DNA from: a bacterium
GTDB taxonomy: Bacteria; Patescibacteriota; Microgenomatia; UBA1400; PJMF01
DNA: 64,000 nucleotides
Reading direction: 5' to 3'
NCBI GenBank assembly: GCA_027620445.1
Contig: JAQBYG010000001.1
Location: forward strand, 5,115 to 69,114
The notes under the pieces are model-generated. The model saw only the letters and a list, made by a program, of their open reading frames with translations. It was not told the origin of the DNA and searched no databases. Below are positions 54,044-64,000 of the stretch, piece by piece (the first letter of the stretch is position 1; the number at the start of each line of letters is the position of its first letter). Made by a program: the position numbers and the translations under genes.

Positions 54044-55974
54044 TACTCTTTGACAACTTCACCCTCTTCGGCGTCTTCACCTTTCTGTTCTTTTTTGTCG
54101 GCTTTTTCACCATCTTTCGCTTCCTCAGCAGCTCCAGGAGCTTTTTCGGCTTGGGCATTTTGCATTGCCTCACCAATTTTTTGCGCCGAAGCAAACGTGG
54201 CCTCTACCGCTTTGTCCAGCTCTTCTTTGGTCGCGTCTTCTTTGGCAGCCAACTCTTTGAGCTGTTTGACGTTGGTTTCGATAGACTCTTTGTCTTTGGC
54301 ATCAAGCTTGTCGCCATACTCTTTGAGCTGTTTCTCTATTTCAAAAGACACACTCGTAGCCTGATTGCGGGCTTCGACCAACTCCTTTTTCTTTTTGTCC
54401 TCTTCGGCGTGCTGTTCTGCATCTGCCTTCATTTTCTCGACCTCTTCCTCTGACAAATTGGTGGAGTTTTGGATTGAAATCTTTTGTTCCTTACTGGTAT
54501 TTTTGTCTTTGGCGGTCACATGCAAAATGCCGTTTGAGTCAATGTCAAAGGTCACCTCAATCTGCGGGGTACCACGCATAGCTGGTGGGATACCATCGAG
54601 AACAAAGCGTCCAAGTGATTTGTTGTCACTCGCCATCTCACGCTCCCCTTGCAGAACATTGATCTCTACCTGCGTCTGATTGTCAGCCGCCGTCGAGAAT
54701 ACCTGAGACTTGCTGGTTGGCACAGTGGTGTTGCGCTCAATCAGTGGTGTTCTAACTCCCCCGAGTGTCTCGAGACCGAGTGTTAATGGCGTAACATCAA
54801 GGAGGACAACATCTGAGACATCGCCGCCAATGACTCCTGCTTGAATAGCAGCGCCAATCGCGACAACCTCATCCGGGTTGACACCCTTGTGTGGCTCTTT
54901 GCCAAAAAACTTTTTGACTGCTTCAACGACTTTTGGCATACGAGTCATACCACCGACTAGAACAACATCGTTGATATCACTTGGCTGTAACTTGGCGTCC
55001 TTGAGTGCTTTCTCGACTGGTTTGAACGAGCGCTGAATGAGATCGTCTACCAACTCCTCAAGCTTCGAGCGAGAGAGAGATAACGTGAGGTGGAGTGGCT
55101 GTCCTTCATCTCCTTGGGTTATGAATGGTTGATTAATCTCGGTTGATTGTGCGCTCGAGAGCTCTATCTTTGCTTTTTCTGCGACGTCTTTGACACGCTG
55201 TAAAGCTTGTGGGTCTTTGGTCAGATCCTTGCCAAATTCTTTTTTAAACTCTGCGACGATCCAGTCAATAATGACGTGATCAAAGTCATCTCCGCCCAAG
55301 AATGTATCTCCATTGGTAGCTTTTACCTCGAATACGCCGTCGCCAATTTCCAGGATGGAAATGTCAAAGGTACCGCCACCCAGATCGTACACAGCAATAG
55401 TGCTCGAGCCTTTTTTATCGAGACCGTAGGCAAGGGCAGCTGCGGTTGGCTCGTTGACGATACGCTCAACAGTCAGGCCGGCAATTTCACCTGCCTGCTT
55501 GGTTGCTTGGCGCTGAGAATCATCAAAGTAAGCAGGAACCGTTATGACCGCTCTGGAAACTGTGCTTCCAAGGTAGCTCTCTGCATCTGCCTTAGCCTTC
55601 GCCAGAATCTTGGCAGAAATTTCTTGCGGGGTGTAGGACTTGTTCTCAATTTTGACAACTGCCATGCCTTCTTTGCCCTCTGTTATAGGGTAAGAAACGT
55701 GCTTAATAGCTTCTTTGACCGCAGCGTCTTTGAGCTTGCGACCCATGAAACGCTTCACAGAATTCACCGTCTTGGTTGGATTCAGAACCATCTGGCGCTT
55801 TGCGATGTCACCAACAGTGACTTCATCGCCTTTGAAAGAAACGATTGATGGAAAGGTATTGCGACCTTCGGCGGTTGGAATAATTTTGGCGGTACCGCCT
55901 TCCATCACTGCCACAGCGGAGTTGGTGGTTCCAAGATCGATTCCAATGATTTTTCCTGTTTTTGTATCTGACAT
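54043..55974 (-). CDS. dnaK: Chaperone DnaK (Hsp70)
   Basis: [21 protein letters not shown], and full Hsp70 architecture. 643 aa. Confidence 0.95.
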   Translation of the reverse strand: MSDTKTGKIIGIDLGTTNSAVAVMEGGTAKIIPTAEGRNTFPSIVSFKGDEVTVGDIAKRQMVLNPTKTVNSVKRFMGRKLKDAAVKEAIKHVSYPITEGKEGMAVVKIENKSYTPQEISAKILAKAKADAESYLGSTVSRAVITVPAYFDDSQRQATKQAGEIAGLTVERIVNEPTAAALAYGLDKKGSSTIAVYDLGGGTFDISILEIGDGVFEVKATNGDTFLGGDDFDHVIIDWIVAEFKKEFGKDLTKDPQALQRVKDVAEKAKIELSSAQSTEINQPFITQGDEGQPLHLTLSLSRSKLEELVDDLIQRSFKPVEKALKDAKLQPSDINDVVLVGGMTRMPKVVEAVKKFFGKEPHKGVNPDEVVAIGAAIQAGVIGGDVSDVVLLDVTPLTLGLETLGGVRTPLIERNTTVPTSKSQVFSTAADNQTQVEINVLQGEREMASDNKSLGRFVLDGIPPAMRGTPQIEVTFDIDSNGILHVTAKDKNTSKEQKISIQNSTNLSEEEVEKMKADAEQHAEEDKKKKELVEARNQATSVSFEIEKQLKEYGDKLDAKDKESIETNVKQLKELAAKEDATKEELDKAVEATFASAQKIGEAMQNAQAEKAPGAAEEAKDGEKADKKEQKGEDAEEGEVVKE

Positions 55975-56062
55975 ACTTCCTTTCGTGTTATTTGTTTCTC
56001 TTAATTTTTACGAAGTGAGAACAGAATAGCATAAACTAGCAGTCGTGTAAAGAGACTGCCAA

Positions 56063-56521
56063 TTATCCTAGAACTACCTTGGTGTGCTGAATAATTTCGC
56101 CATGCAAGGTAAAGCCAGGACGGACAACCGAGCTCACAACCGCAGCGACATTTTCTGGCGAAACCACTTCTACTGCTTCCATTATCGTAGCGTCAAACGG
56201 TTTTCCCAATACCTCAATTTCTGCCAAACCGTGTGTACTGAGCGTCTTCCACAACTGCTCTATCACCATGCGAAGACCCGGATCATTCAGTTGCTGACTG
56301 GCTAGAGAAAGATGTGCCAAGGGGTCGAGTAGATCGGTTACTAGATGCTTGGTGGCAAGTTTGCTGTGAGTAAGTTTATCTTCTCTAGTTCTGCGGACAA
56401 GATTTTGATAATCTGCCTGCAAACGTCGTTCTCGCTCCGTCATCTCGGCAAGTTGTGCGCGCAACAACTCAAGTTCTGGTGAGAATGGAGCGCTCGCTGG
56501 TGCAGAAGTTTTTTTTGACAT
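56063..56521 (-). CDS. grpE: Nucleotide exchange factor GrpE
   Basis: Coiled-coil N-terminus and RLQADYQNLVRRTRED signature. Confidence 0.85.
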   Translation of the reverse strand: MSKKTSAPASAPFSPELELLRAQLAEMTERERRLQADYQNLVRRTREDKLTHSKLATKHLVTDLLDPLAHLSLASQQLNDPGLRMVIEQLWKTLSTHGLAEIEVLGKPFDATIMEAVEVVSPENVAAVVSSVVRPGFTLHGEIIQHTKVVLG

Positions 56522-56526
56522 ACAGA

Positions 56527-57249
56527 TTACTCAACAATATCTTGGATAAGCGTGCGCATATACTTCATCATCGGAATTATATAGGGGTAGTCGAACCTGC
56601 TCGAACCGATGACAGCTAATTCACACTGTACTTCTCCTACCAGAAAAGAGGTGTGAATTACGCCGAGTGACACCAAATTTCGATTGCCCAGTTCGGGTCC
56701 ATATACAACTTGAATAATGTTATCGCTCGTGTTGGTAGAGAAGATTTCATTTAGAAGAGAGACTTCTTCAATTAACTGCAAAACAGTTCGCATGACTTTG
56801 ATGTCGTAAAACTCCGGCATTTGTAACAGGTTGGCGTACCCAGAATGGTAGAGTCGCTCTTTGTCGAGCATAGCAAGACCGAGGGCATGCGATTTATCTG
56901 CGAGCACTCTGGTAATCTGGGTAAATACCTCATCAATCTTCTTGCGAGATCCCCATACTTTTTCCTTTGCCGCAACTTCATCGGCCACGGTTAACTCTTT
57001 TTCTCGCATTAACTCATTGACATAGAGCTTGAGCGCAACCGGTGTCGGTATGCGACCGGAACTCGAGTGACCTTTTTGTAAGTAGCCTTGCTTGGTCAGC
57101 TGCACCATTTCGTTACGAATAGTAGCTGGTGAAACACCAATTGCGTACTTGCGATCAATCGTATCTGATCCGACTGGTTCGGCTGTCTCGATAAAATCCT
57201 GGATAACAGCGCGCAAAATTTGGATTTGTCTGGCTGTGAGATCAATCAT
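56527..57249 (-). CDS. hrcA: Heat-inducible transcription repressor HrcA
   Basis: MIDLTARQIQILRAVIQDFIETAEPVGSDTI... (wHTH). Start set at ATG 57249. Confidence 0.85.
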   Translation of the reverse strand: MIDLTARQIQILRAVIQDFIETAEPVGSDTIDRKYAIGVSPATIRNEMVQLTKQGYLQKGHSSSGRIPTPVALKLYVNELMREKELTVADEVAAKEKVWGSRKKIDEVFTQITRVLADKSHALGLAMLDKERLYHSGYANLLQMPEFYDIKVMRTVLQLIEEVSLLNEIFSTNTSDNIIQVVYGPELGNRNLVSLGVIHTSFLVGEVQCELAVIGSSRFDYPYIIPMMKYMRTLIQDIVE

Positions 57250-57265
57250 AGGTATCACTTTCTGC

Positions 57266-57292
57266 TTAGCAGAAGGCAGTTGTTACTGCTAA
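57266..57292. promoter_or_regulatory. CIRCE-like inverted repeat (HrcA operator) upstream of hrcA-grpE-dnaK
   Basis: TTAGCAGAA-GGCAGTTGT-TACTGCTAA, versus consensus TTAGCACTC-N9-GAGTGCTAA. Outer TTAGCA/TGCTAA arms are perfect with a 9-nt spacer. Confidence 0.6.
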
Positions 57293-57345
57293 TGATAACC
57301 AGCAAGCGATAGAATGTCAATCGATATCCTGCTACGATATGAGAA

Positions 57346-58758
57346 ATGCAACGAAGAAAAAAAGTTAGAACTAAGATGGTTGTAACCGGCCTCGTGTCGC
57401 TCCTACTTCTTGCAGCTACCGTGCTTGGGGCAACACAGATCGGTGTTGTGAGAGAGTTTTTCTCGTTTGCAAGTAATCCAGAACCAGCCAATATTACGGT
57501 TGATGCACAGGCAATCCTCGGCCCACTGCCTCGACCCTGGAGAAATCTGGCTCAAGGTGGCGAAGAGTCTGCCTGGGAGATCGAGCCCATAGCAGCGCAA
57601 GTCAAGCAATTGCGACCAGAGTACATTCGCATTGATCACATTTATGATTTTTATGAAATTGCTCAAGGTTCACCAGGTAACATAACATTTAACTTTGCCA
57701 AGTTTGACAAAATCCTCGACGGAATTACCGCCACAGGTGCCAAGCCATACATCGCCCTCTCATACATGCCGCCAGCACTCGGTGGCAGTGACATCGTCTC
57801 GAGTCCTGCTCGCTATGCGGATTGGCAACTTGTTGTCCAAAAAACTATTGAACATGTGTCCGGCACAAAGGGCATTCGCGATGTCTACTACGAAGTTTGG
57901 AACGAGCCAGATCTGTTTGGTGGCTGGAAGTACTACGGCGACAAAAGTTACCTCACGCTCTACGACGCATCGGCCCGGGGAGCGCGACAGGCCCGAGGCG
58001 TGCAGCCATTTAAAATCGGAGGTCCTGCTACGACCGGATTCTATAAAAACTGGTTTGACGCCCTGGCCGAGCACGCAATGAAGAATAACTTGCAGCTCGA
58101 TTTCATTTCTTGGCATCGCTACGACACTGATGTCGAACAGTTCAAACAAGATATCCTGGATATTCGAACCTGGGCAGAAAAGTATCCGCAATTAACACCA
58201 ACACTGGAGTTTCATATTACCGAGTGGGGACATGATAGCGAAAATGATCCCGGCTATGACAATAACTACGGCGCAGCCCACACGGTAGCAGCTGCCATCG
58301 AGATGGTTGGGGTGGTTGAGCGTGCCTTTGTGTTTGAAATCCAGGACGGCAAAGATCCCAAAGGCGCTGAAAACTGGGGCAGGTGGGGACTCCTCACACA
58401 CCAATCGTTTGGATCAAAACCAAAACCACGGTATCACGCTCTGCGAATGCTTGACTCTCTCGGTGAGCAGCGTCTGCAACTGCTAGGCAAAGGCACTTTT
58501 GTCAAAGCGCTCGCGAGTAAATCGATCGACGGCGTCTACAACGTAGTGTTGAGCAACTTCGACCCACGTGGCAGAAATGCAGAAAGCGTGCCGGTTGCCT
58601 TTTTTAACCTTGCACCTGGAACCTACACCCTCAAACGAGAGTACATTAGCAAAGCTGCTGCAAGCGAAACAGTGGTAGTTGGCGCAGAGCCGCTACAAAC
58701 AGTCGTGTCGCTTGCTCCATTTGACGTGGCAAAAATAACACTCACTCAAGTTAATTGA
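57346..58758 (+). CDS. Secreted clan GH-A glycoside-hydrolase-like protein (GH39/GH5-like), paralog of 25170..26453
   Basis: Basic N-terminus plus signal anchor. YEVWNEPDLFGGWKY (candidate acid/base NEP) and FHITEWGHD (candidate nucleophile TE.G). Same motif order as the other paralog. Confidence 0.55.
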   Translation: MQRRKKVRTKMVVTGLVSLLLLAATVLGATQIGVVREFFSFASNPEPANITVDAQAILGPLPRPWRNLAQGGEESAWEIEPIAAQVKQLRPEYIRIDHIYDFYEIAQGSPGNITFNFAKFDKILDGITATGAKPYIALSYMPPALGGSDIVSSPARYADWQLVVQKTIEHVSGTKGIRDVYYEVWNEPDLFGGWKYYGDKSYLTLYDASARGARQARGVQPFKIGGPATTGFYKNWFDALAEHAMKNNLQLDFISWHRYDTDVEQFKQDILDIRTWAEKYPQLTPTLEFHITEWGHDSENDPGYDNNYGAAHTVAAAIEMVGVVERAFVFEIQDGKDPKGAENWGRWGLLTHQSFGSKPKPRYHALRMLDSLGEQRLQLLGKGTFVKALASKSIDGVYNVVLSNFDPRGRNAESVPVAFFNLAPGTYTLKREYISKAAASETVVVGAEPLQTVVSLAPFDVAKITLTQVN

Positions 58759-59849
58759 GCTACCAATTTGAGAATATTTTTCTTGAAAGCGGTCAGCGAA
58801 AACTGCTGACTGTGTGTGTACAACTCCTCAGGTGAAAAGCGAATTTTTTCTGCACGTTGCATCGCCTGCCAAAGACCAGTGGTCGATAATTCTGCAAACA
58901 GCACGCCAGATTTGTCAGGAATAATTGTTTCTCTCGGTCCGCCAGAGTTATGGGCAATCACCGGCACTCCATGCGCCATCGCCTCAACCGGAACTATGCC
59001 AAAATCTTCATCTTCTACTGGGTACAGTAATGCCTTTGCCCCCGCATACAGCCGATTCAGCTCCTCATCACTCACTGCCCCGCAAAACGCAACCGTAGAC
59101 CCTGCCATCTCACGCAAGTCGTCCAACATCTTCCCCGAACCCACCACTTTAAGCGGCACGTTTTGCTCGGTGCACACTTGGACTGCAATCTCTGGGTGCT
59201 TAGCGAGTGCCAACCGATTGACGTACAAGTAGTATGAGCGAGACTTACTCTCGGGCGGGTTGGGTGGGATGTTGACAGGCGGATACACAATGGTCGATTC
59301 CCGACGATAGAACTTGGTAATTCTGCGCTGGGTCTCTTGCGAATTTGCGATGAAAAAATCTACTTCCTGCGCCACATAGTAATCGACAACGCGCAGGTAG
59401 TGATTGATGAGCATGCCAAAAAACTTGGTAACTGGATTAGCTCGCCAATTGCTTGTGGTTGTATAGCCGTAGAGCGAACGAGCCGGCGTGTGACAGTAAC
59501 AAATATGCTTGCCATTGGGCACGCGAACGGCCTTGGCAAAGTAGGCGTTTGACGAGGAGATCACCACATCAAATGCTGACAGGTCGAGCGACTTGAAGTA
59601 ATTGGGTGCCCAAATGCGCAGTGGCGAAAACAACAATTTATATCCGGGGATTTTGGTCAACCAAGTCGTACGAATATCCCAATCAGCAAAGCGCTGCCAA
59701 TGTAGACCTAATTGTTCTCGATCAACAAAAGCAGTGAAAACGGGCGCCTCGGGATAGAGCTCATGTAGTGCTTCCAACACGCGTTCTGCCCCACCATACT
59801 CGCGGAGGTAATCATGGACAAGTGCGACTGTCTGTTTCTTTTTTGGCAT
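58746..59849 (-). CDS. Glycosyltransferase family 4
   Basis: MPKKKQTVALVHDYLREYGGAERV... and C-terminal EDFGIVPVEAMAHGVPVIAHNSGGPRETI. Start set at ATG 59849, 2 nt after the FEN stop. The track ORF extends upstream from a TTG. Confidence 0.8.
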   Translation of the reverse strand: MPKKKQTVALVHDYLREYGGAERVLEALHELYPEAPVFTAFVDREQLGLHWQRFADWDIRTTWLTKIPGYKLLFSPLRIWAPNYFKSLDLSAFDVVISSSNAYFAKAVRVPNGKHICYCHTPARSLYGYTTTSNWRANPVTKFFGMLINHYLRVVDYYVAQEVDFFIANSQETQRRITKFYRRESTIVYPPVNIPPNPPESKSRSYYLYVNRLALAKHPEIAVQVCTEQNVPLKVVGSGKMLDDLREMAGSTVAFCGAVSDEELNRLYAGAKALLYPVEDEDFGIVPVEAMAHGVPVIAHNSGGPRETIIPDKSGVLFAELSTTGLWQAMQRAEKIRFSPEELYTHSQQFSLTAFKKNILKLVAQLT

Positions 59850-59850
59850 T

Positions 59851-60792
59851 TTAAAAGAGCGCTTTCTGAATCGAAAGTTCAAACGTGTCTTTTGGCAACA
59901 AGCCGTGCAGTGATTTGAAATTAAATTTTTCGAACAATGTACTCGCTGCTTCTTTGTTGTACTCAGAAACCGCGCATGGCTCCAAGGCAAAATCGATCGG
60001 AACTGCTCGATCGATCGTGGCCAGTTTTTGACTTAAGAACGCCATTTCTCGATCTTGCGCAATTTTTTTGAAAACTGAACCAACCAAGACTTCATCGGCG
60101 CTCGGCGCATCGCCGGCTAGCAACTCATCGACTCGTTTGTAAATCCCTGCAAGTGAGTGGTATCTCTCGAGTAATTGGCGAGCAGTCTTGGGACCGACCC
60201 CTTTCACCCCAGGAATATTATCCGACGAATCTCCCATGAGCGCCTTGAGATCAATTATTTGCGAAACCGGCACGCCCATTTTTTTGAGCACCTCGTCTTC
60301 GTCGTACTCAGTATCGAGAGAGCCGCGACCTCTTCCTGGCAACCAAGCGTGGGTCTTCTCACTCACCAGCTGAAATATATCTTTATCACCTGTAACAATG
60401 ATTGAGCGAACGTCGGGGTGCTGCTGCTCTACTTGTTGTGTGATTGTGCCAAGCAAGTCGTCGGCCTCAATACCATCCTGAGAAAACTGCGGGATGTTGA
60501 GCGCACTGACCACATCTTTGACTAAAGCTATTTGTGGAATAAGGTCATCGGGCATAGCCATTCTGTGCGCCTTGTACTCGGTGTAGGCTTCTGCGCGCTT
60601 GGTCTTTCCTTTGCTGTCAAAAGTGGCTGCAATATAGGTCGGTTTGAGATCTCGGATTGCAACCAACACGCTGCGGCTAAAACCATACACCGCATTCACC
60701 AGTGTCCCGTCTGGAGCAGTCAAGTTGGGAAACGCGTGGTAGGCACGATAAATGAGCGCGTGACTATCAATGAGAACAAAGGTTTTCGACAC
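59851..60792 (-). CDS. Stand-alone 5'-3' exonuclease (FEN / Pol I 5'-nuclease-domain-like)
   Basis: MSKTFVLIDSHALIYRAYHAF..., acidic metal-binding clusters, and helix-hairpin-helix (GIPGVKGVGPKTARQLL). 313 aa. Confidence 0.85.
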   Translation of the reverse strand: MSKTFVLIDSHALIYRAYHAFPNLTAPDGTLVNAVYGFSRSVLVAIRDLKPTYIAATFDSKGKTKRAEAYTEYKAHRMAMPDDLIPQIALVKDVVSALNIPQFSQDGIEADDLLGTITQQVEQQHPDVRSIIVTGDKDIFQLVSEKTHAWLPGRGRGSLDTEYDEDEVLKKMGVPVSQIIDLKALMGDSSDNIPGVKGVGPKTARQLLERYHSLAGIYKRVDELLAGDAPSADEVLVGSVFKKIAQDREMAFLSQKLATIDRAVPIDFALEPCAVSEYNKEAASTLFEKFNFKSLHGLLPKDTFELSIQKALF

Positions 60793-60799
60793 AGGTTGA

Positions 60800-62728
60800 T
60801 TATACCTGAGATGCCTTGGCTTGGCCCATCAGAGCAGCGAATTCGTCGCCATCGAGGGATTCTTTTTCGAGCAGATTGAGCGAAACTGCGTCGAGTTGCT
60901 TGCGATATTTTGTAATTAGTTGCATCGCGCGTTTTTGGCCTGCAGAGATAAATTCCTGAATAGCTGAGTCGACTTTTTCTTGGAGTGCGTCAGAAATTTT
61001 CATTGGCTCGCCAAAGGCACGATTGTAGTTAGTAGTTTCAAATTGTGGACCAAAGTTCATGGCACCAAGATCACTCATACCGTACTCAACCACCATGGCT
61101 CGGGCGATTCTGGTAGCTCGATCAATATCGCTGCTTGCTCCCGCGGTCAGCTCCTGAAACACAAGTTGCTCTGCAGCACGACCACCCAGCAGGACTGCAA
61201 TCTCATCTATCAGCTCTGACTTAGTTGTTTGCAGCTTATCGCGTTCTGGTGGTGTTAGGGTAAAACCAAGTGCGCGTCCGCGCGAAACAATGGAGATACG
61301 ATGCACTGGATCAGCAAAGGTAGAAACGTGAGCCACTACTGCGTGACCAGCTTCGTGGTACGCGGTCATCTTGCGCTCTAGCTCATCTTGCATGCGTCGC
61401 TTACTCGGACCCAACTTTACCTTGAGTGAGGCTTCTTCTATATCGTTCATGTTGATTTCTGTCTTGCCGGCACGTGCTACAGCAATCGCAGCTTCATTAA
61501 GCATGTTCTCGATATCAGCGCCAGAAAAACCAACGGTTCGTTTGGCGACACGATCCCAGTTCACGTCGGTTGCAAACGGCTTGGACTTGGCATGAATCGA
61601 GAGAATGTACTTGCGCTCTTCTAGATCTGGCAAGTTAACAGTCACTCTGCGATCAAATCGACCTGGGCGCACCAGTGCTGGATCGAGCATATCGCCACGA
61701 TTCGTGGCTGCCATCACAATGACATTATCATTCTGGGTGAAACCATCCATCTCGACCAGGATTTGATTCAAGGTCTGCTCTCGCTCATCGTGGCCACCCA
61801 TGTTCCCAGCTCCTCGCATGCGACCAATGGCATCAATTTCATCGATGAAGATGATAGAAGGAGCAATCTTTTTTGCAGTCGCAAAGAGATCTCGGGCTCG
61901 TGAGGCACCTACACCAACCAGCATCTCCATGAATTCACTGCCAGCAATAGAAAGAAACTGCACGCTGGCTTCGCCGGCAACTGCTCGCGCGAGTAAAGTT
62001 TTTCCAGTTCCGGATGGACCAACAAGCAACACACCACGTGGGGTGCGAGCGCCAACTTTTTGATACTTCTTTGGGTTCTTGAGGAAATCAACAATTTCTT
62101 CGAGCTCTTGCTTGGCTTCGTCCATTCCGCCAACATCTTTAAACTTAGTATTTTGCTTACCTTTGACAAATAGTTTTGCCTTGCTGCGACCGATTCCCAT
62201 CATGCCGTCCTGGGCGCCACGCGCTTGACGGAAAATGAAAAAGAAGAACACAAACATAAGTAACACAGGCAAAATATTGAGCGCCATCTCCCAAGCCATT
62301 TCACCAAACGAAAGGTTAGTGACTTCGACATCTGCTTCTGCAAGGTCAATGCCTGCAGCAACTAGGATGCTCAAGACTTCTTGATTGTTTTCTTTGCGGG
62401 CGATCTTATTTGCTCCGTCTTTGTAGGAAATTCTCAGTTCATCGCCGGCAACTTTGACTTCACTCACAGTTTGCTCACGCACGTCTTTGACGAATTTGCT
62501 CAAGCTGATGCTGTTGTCTTCGCTACTCGAGAAAAGTGAGGCAAAAAAGGGCAAAAAAAGCAAGGCCATCAATACATAGAGTATGCCGCGGCTAAAAAAT
62601 TTCGAGAGATTAATCTCCATATGAAACTGCTTGCCAACGATTTTTTTGTCTGCTGGTTTTATTGGATTTGTATCTGATTTTTTCTTTGGGGTAGCCATAT
62701 ATCTCCAGATCGAGCTGTATTGTAACAC
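60800..62728 (-). CDS. ftsH: ATP-dependent zinc metalloprotease FtsH
   Basis: Two N-terminal TM helices, AAA+ module ([17 protein letters not shown]), SRH, and [10 protein letters not shown] zinc site. Confidence 0.95.
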   Translation of the reverse strand: MLQYSSIWRYMATPKKKSDTNPIKPADKKIVGKQFHMEINLSKFFSRGILYVLMALLFLPFFASLFSSSEDNSISLSKFVKDVREQTVSEVKVAGDELRISYKDGANKIARKENNQEVLSILVAAGIDLAEADVEVTNLSFGEMAWEMALNILPVLLMFVFFFFIFRQARGAQDGMMGIGRSKAKLFVKGKQNTKFKDVGGMDEAKQELEEIVDFLKNPKKYQKVGARTPRGVLLVGPSGTGKTLLARAVAGEASVQFLSIAGSEFMEMLVGVGASRARDLFATAKKIAPSIIFIDEIDAIGRMRGAGNMGGHDEREQTLNQILVEMDGFTQNDNVIVMAATNRGDMLDPALVRPGRFDRRVTVNLPDLEERKYILSIHAKSKPFATDVNWDRVAKRTVGFSGADIENMLNEAAIAVARAGKTEINMNDIEEASLKVKLGPSKRRMQDELERKMTAYHEAGHAVVAHVSTFADPVHRISIVSRGRALGFTLTPPERDKLQTTKSELIDEIAVLLGGRAAEQLVFQELTAGASSDIDRATRIARAMVVEYGMSDLGAMNFGPQFETTNYNRAFGEPMKISDALQEKVDSAIQEFISAGQKRAMQLITKYRKQLDAVSLNLLEKESLDGDEFAALMGQAKASQV

Positions 62729-62737
62729 GCAAAAATG

Positions 62738-63079
62738 CTAACGCAGAATTGATCCTGCCGAGAGTGATTGATCTGGATGCAGTAAAACTGCACGTGTCCC
62801 ATCATCAGCGGCAACCAGCATGCCCTGACTCTCGATCCCTCGTAACAGACGCGGTTCCAAGTTTGCCAAGTAACTCACCTGCTTGCCAATCAAGTCTTCG
62901 GGGGCGTACCAAGCTTTGATGCCAGCGGCGATGGTGCGCTCGCCAAGTTCGCCAACGTCGAGCGTGAGCTTGAGGAGCTTGTCAGCGCCCTCAATAGGCT
63001 CGGCGGCAACGATGGTTGCAATGCGCAAATCCAAACGGGCAAAATCATCGTAGCTAATACTTGGTTTTATATCTGGCAT
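62738..63079 (-). CDS. tRNA-binding protein (CsaA/Trbp111-like OB fold)
   Basis: 113 aa. [28 protein letters not shown]...GMLVAADDG matches the EMAP/MetRS-C-like tRNA-binding domain. Confidence 0.75.
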   Translation of the reverse strand: MPDIKPSISYDDFARLDLRIATIVAAEPIEGADKLLKLTLDVGELGERTIAAGIKAWYAPEDLIGKQVSYLANLEPRLLRGIESQGMLVAADDGTRAVLLHPDQSLSAGSILR

Positions 63080-63081
63080 AC

Positions 63082-64000
63082 TTAACCTAGTCCCATCTTT
63101 TCTTTTACTTCATCAAGTGTCCTGCTCGCAACAGCTTGTGCCTTGGTTGCGCCAGTTGCTATAACGTCATCGATATACTTCGGATTGACCATGAGTTCTG
63201 CGCGTTTTGCTTGCAGTGGCTTGAGCTCTGCGGCAATACTCGCTGCCAACTCTTTTTTGAGATCGCCGTAGCGGATCCCAGCACCCTCGTATTGCGCTTC
63301 ATACTCTGCGCGCTTCTCCGCTCCAGAAAATAACTCTACAAATTGCAAAATATTCTTGACTCCCTGCGGCATAGTTTGCAAATTTCCTTTCCCATCATCG
63401 GTTGGCGCGGCTTTGAGACGCTCAAGAATCTCAGCTTCGCTATCTGTCAGTGAAATGAAACTTCCCGCAACACTCTTACTCATTTTGCCACTGCCCTGCA
63501 GCGATGGGACGTACTCACCTTTGGTGGCAAAGCGCGTTGGTTCTGGGAAATCGGTGCCATATGCCTCATTCATCTTTCGTGCAACTTGGCGAGCAATCTC
63601 GATATGTGGCTCTTGATCGATACCAACTGGCACCAAATTTGCTTTGTAGAGCAAAATGTCAGAAGCCATGAGCAGCGGATAATTGAGCAGCGCCATCGTG
63701 GCGTGATCAGGATACTGCTTGACCTTGTCTTTAAATGTTGGTAAATGTTGCATGCGCGCGATGCTCATGACAGAGGAAAACAGAAATGAGAGCTCAAGGT
63801 GCTCGCCAACCATAGATTGCAGAAACAAGGTGGAGCGCTCTGGATCAAGGCCAGCAGCCAGGTAATCAATAATAACCTCGCGGCGATTGAGCTTGAGTTC
63901 GTCTATATCGTAAGGAGTAGTAATAGTATGGACATCCGCCACCATAAAAAAGGTGTCGATCGTACTATCTTCTTGCAGTGCAAGCATGCCTTTGACGGCA
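63082..64000 (-). CDS. trpS: Tryptophanyl-tRNA synthetase, partial (N-terminus beyond window end)
   Basis: [12 protein letters not shown] and KMSKS motifs. The HIGH region is not in the window because the frame is open to position 64000. Confidence 0.85.
   Translation of the reverse strand, partial: AVKGMLALQEDSTIDTFFMVADVHTITTPYDIDELKLNRREVIIDYLAAGLDPERSTLFLQSMVGEHLELSFLFSSVMSIARMQHLPTFKDKVKQYPDHATMALLNYPLLMASDILLYKANLVPVGIDQEPHIEIARQVARKMNEAYGTDFPEPTRFATKGEYVPSLQGSGKMSKSVAGSFISLTDSEAEILERLKAAPTDDGKGNLQTMPQGVKNILQFVELFSGAEKRAEYEAQYEGAGIRYGDLKKELAASIAAELKPLQAKRAELMVNPKYIDDVIATGATKAQAVASRTLDEVKEKMGLG

Noticed and set aside
53765-55848. Several 100-213-aa plus-strand ORFs (53765..54364, 54151..54453, 54365..54679, 55207..55848)
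   Set aside because: All are antisense to dnaK or the GT2 gene and are low-complexity. These are typical shadow ORFs of highly expressed genes.
1-64000. CRISPR arrays, rRNA genes, IS elements, transposases, integrases and phage structural genes
   Set aside because: None found. There are no regularly spaced direct repeats, no 16S/23S/5S signatures, and no DDE/tyrosine-recombinase motifs in any ORF. The accessory islands appear to lack their own mobility genes within this window.

Overview
This 64-kb window is a dense, mostly minus-strand stretch that looks like a small-genome bacterium using the standard genetic code (TGA, TAA and TAG all terminate). Features typical of reduced genomes (short-form IF-2, minimal SufD, many tiny intergenic gaps and 1-4 nt gene overlaps) hint at Patescibacteria/CPR-like ancestry, but this is inference.

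Housekeeping backbone (about 85% of genes, minus strand): two GT1 glycosyltransferases, tRNA-dihydrouridine synthase, tRNA-Val(CAC), a one-piece tmRNA (ssrA) not captured by the ORF track, murI, ftsK, RNase J, truB, UDG family 4, a protease-less Lon-like AAA+ core, a PfkB kinase-LOG-Rpe-RpiB cluster, and a split SUF Fe-S machinery (DUF59/SufT; sufS-sufU; sufC-nudix-sufB-short sufD). Further along come ferredoxin plus FNR-like reductase, a YjjX ITPase, sodA, pnp, rpsO, infB, nusA, dnaJ, a csbB-like GT2 plus yfhO pair, dnaK, grpE, hrcA with a CIRCE-like operator, a FEN-type 5'-3' exonuclease, ftsH, a CsaA-like tRNA-binding protein and partial trpS.

Accessory and decaying content is concentrated in AT-richer pockets, often on the plus strand:
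- An island between the two suf clusters (26.5-30.5 kb) holds an hpt pseudogene, tspO, a RhuM-family gene split by an in-frame TAG, an HExxH membrane protein, and a promoter/terminator-bounded candidate sRNA of unknown class.
- Two VapBC-like PIN modules.
- A hicAB module embedded in a cluster with a candidate HEPN (RNxxxH) protein, a C39-like cysteine-peptidase-fold protein and a small unknown partner.
- A DUF3800 gene broken at an A6 homopolymer.
- Two paralogous clan GH-A glycoside-hydrolase-like secreted proteins, one with a Pro-Thr linker plus dockerin-like C-terminus.

No CRISPR array, rRNA, transposase or integrase was seen.
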